Origin: Oscillospiraceae bacterium
Lineage (GTDB): Bacteria > Bacillota > Clostridia > Oscillospirales > Oscillospiraceae
DNA: 64,000 bases
Reading direction: 5' to 3'
Assembly: GCA_022797115.1 (NCBI GenBank)
Contig: JAAWKB010000003.1
Coordinates: 3-64,002, forward strand
Shown: positions 63,099-64,000 of the stretch, piece by piece
How positions within the stretch are numbered: position 1 is the stretch's first letter
Layout: every line of letters begins with the position of its first letter
Translations under genes and position numbers: made by a program
The notes under the pieces: generated by a model
Told to the model about the DNA's origin: nothing
What the model saw: only the letters and a program-made list of their open reading frames with translations
Database searches by the model: none

Positions 63099-64000
63099 TT
63101 GAAAATCTATAACAACGAAGCAGTCCAGGCCCAGGCGGCTCCCATCGCGGGGGAATACCTGCTGGCGCGCTACCAGCTCAAGGAGGCGGGCCCCACCCAA
63201 ATCACCGTGGGCCGCGGGGAGGAGTGGACGCCCCTGGCCTGCAAGGAGGTCTACGGCAAGGCGGCCAAGCTGGCCAAGGAGCTGAAGGTTGAGAACTGCC
63301 TGTTTGACCTCACCGCCGCAGGCGAGCTGGGGCTGGCAGGGCTCTGCGCCGCCCTGGAGGGCATCTATGGCGCAAACTATCAGCAGAAGTTCGCCCTCTC
63401 GGGCCGCTGGGAGCCGGAGATGGCCTGCTACGCCGGCGGCGAGGGCTGGCAGGAGGCGGATCTGCGCACAGCGGGCGAGCTGGCGCGGTCGGTCATCGAG
63501 GCCCGGAACCTGGTCAACCGTCCCGCCAACATGCTGGTCCCGGAGCAGTTTGCCCAGGCCCTGGCGGACATGGTGTCCGGCCTGCCGGTCCAGGCCCGGA
63601 TCTACCGCCGCGATGAGCTGGCGGAGAAGGGCCTGGGGGGCCTGCTGACCGTGGGGGACAGCAGCGGCCATCCCCCTGCGCTGGCGGTGCTGCGCTACAA
63701 CGGCGCGCCGGAGAGCAAGGAGGTGCTCGGGCTGGTGGGCAAGGGCGTCACCGTCGATACCGGCGGCTACTCCCTCAAGGCCCGGGATTCCATGGCGGGC
63801 ATCAAGGGCGATATGGCCGGCGGCGCGGCAGTGGCTGCTGCGGTGCGGGCGCTGGCCGCAGTGGGGGCAAAGGTGAACGCTGTCGCCGTGGTCCCCACCT
63901 GTGAGAACCGCATCTCCCGGGAGAGCGCGGTGCCCGGGGATGTGATCCGCGCCTTCTCCGGCCAGACCATCGAGGTGCTGAACACCGACGCCGAGGGCCG
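63099..64000 (+). CDS. M17-family leucyl aminopeptidase (5' part; runs off the window end)
   Basis: My translation from TTG 63099 (RBS ggagg 8 nt upstream): LKIYNNEAVQAQ...NLVNRPANML...LVGKGVTVDTGGYSLK...IEVLNTDAEG (M17 signature). Not in the ORF track because no stop lies within the window. Start uncertain. Confidence 0.75.
   Translation, partial: MKIYNNEAVQAQAAPIAGEYLLARYQLKEAGPTQITVGRGEEWTPLACKEVYGKAAKLAKELKVENCLFDLTAAGELGLAGLCAALEGIYGANYQQKFALSGRWEPEMACYAGGEGWQEADLRTAGELARSVIEARNLVNRPANMLVPEQFAQALADMVSGLPVQARIYRRDELAEKGLGGLLTVGDSSGHPPALAVLRYNGAPESKEVLGLVGKGVTVDTGGYSLKARDSMAGIKGDMAGGAAVAAAVRALAAVGAKVNAVAVVPTCENRISRESAVPGDVIRAFSGQTIEVLNTDAEG

Noticed and set aside
62877-63671. 264-aa minus-strand ORF
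   Set aside because: It is antisense to the M17 aminopeptidase reading frame, which carries the NTDAEG and VDTGGYSLK signatures. It is a shadow ORF.

Overview
GC-rich (by eye about 60%) chromosomal segment of a Gram-positive anaerobe. Gene content and codon style suggest Clostridia/Oscillospiraceae, but that is inference only. I call about 57 protein-coding genes and 6 tRNAs: a Val-Asp-Phe-Gly-Cys operon at 117-676 and a single tRNA-Arg at 44096-44172, all on the minus strand. Content is mostly housekeeping or metabolic: MscS channel, purine permease, PBP5-type carboxypeptidase and VanW, DEAD-box helicase, OppA-like binding protein, a cooS-cooF-flavoprotein CO-dehydrogenase triad, Tex, RqcH and mini-RNase III, PrmA, a chemoreceptor, ComF, MreB and AzlCD. 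There is a LacI-linked sugar operon (isomerase, split transketolase, FGGY kinase, HAD). There is also a complete beta-glucoside PTS locus (EIIBC, GH1, DUF4038, EIIA, HPr, EI), an orphan dehydratase-activase pair and a partial M17 aminopeptidase. I found no CRISPR array, no integrase, transposase or phage genes, and no recognisable defence or toxin-antitoxin system. If a novel multi-gene protein system is present, I cannot see it from sequence alone. The unusual signals are architectural. (1) A ~516-bp MITE-like insertion at 37764-38279 with ~40-bp hairpin-bearing terminal inverted repeats, and an intact empty-site copy 1.3 kb away. (2) A tandem cassette-like duplication between the GH2 gene and comF. 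It leaves a comF-5'/GH2-3' junction and three divergent small XRE genes, one of them frameshifted. (3) A family of A5/T5-stem hairpin repeats: two near-identical solo copies abut the RBS of unrelated genes, and two long mosaic copies show compensatory stem changes. (4) A CTTTTTTGACAY motif next to GC-rich hairpins at five convergent gene junctions. (5) A single-ORF MFS-transporter/GH2-hydrolase fusion. (6) An AT-richer accessory patch at 32.1-34.4 kb with tandem XRE paralogues, a charged coiled-coil protein and two paralogous small helical ORFs, one below the ORF-track size cutoff. Many long ORFs in the six-frame track are antisense shadows typical of high-GC DNA and were rejected. All start codons are predictions. 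All similarity statements come from reading the sequence by eye, not from database searches.
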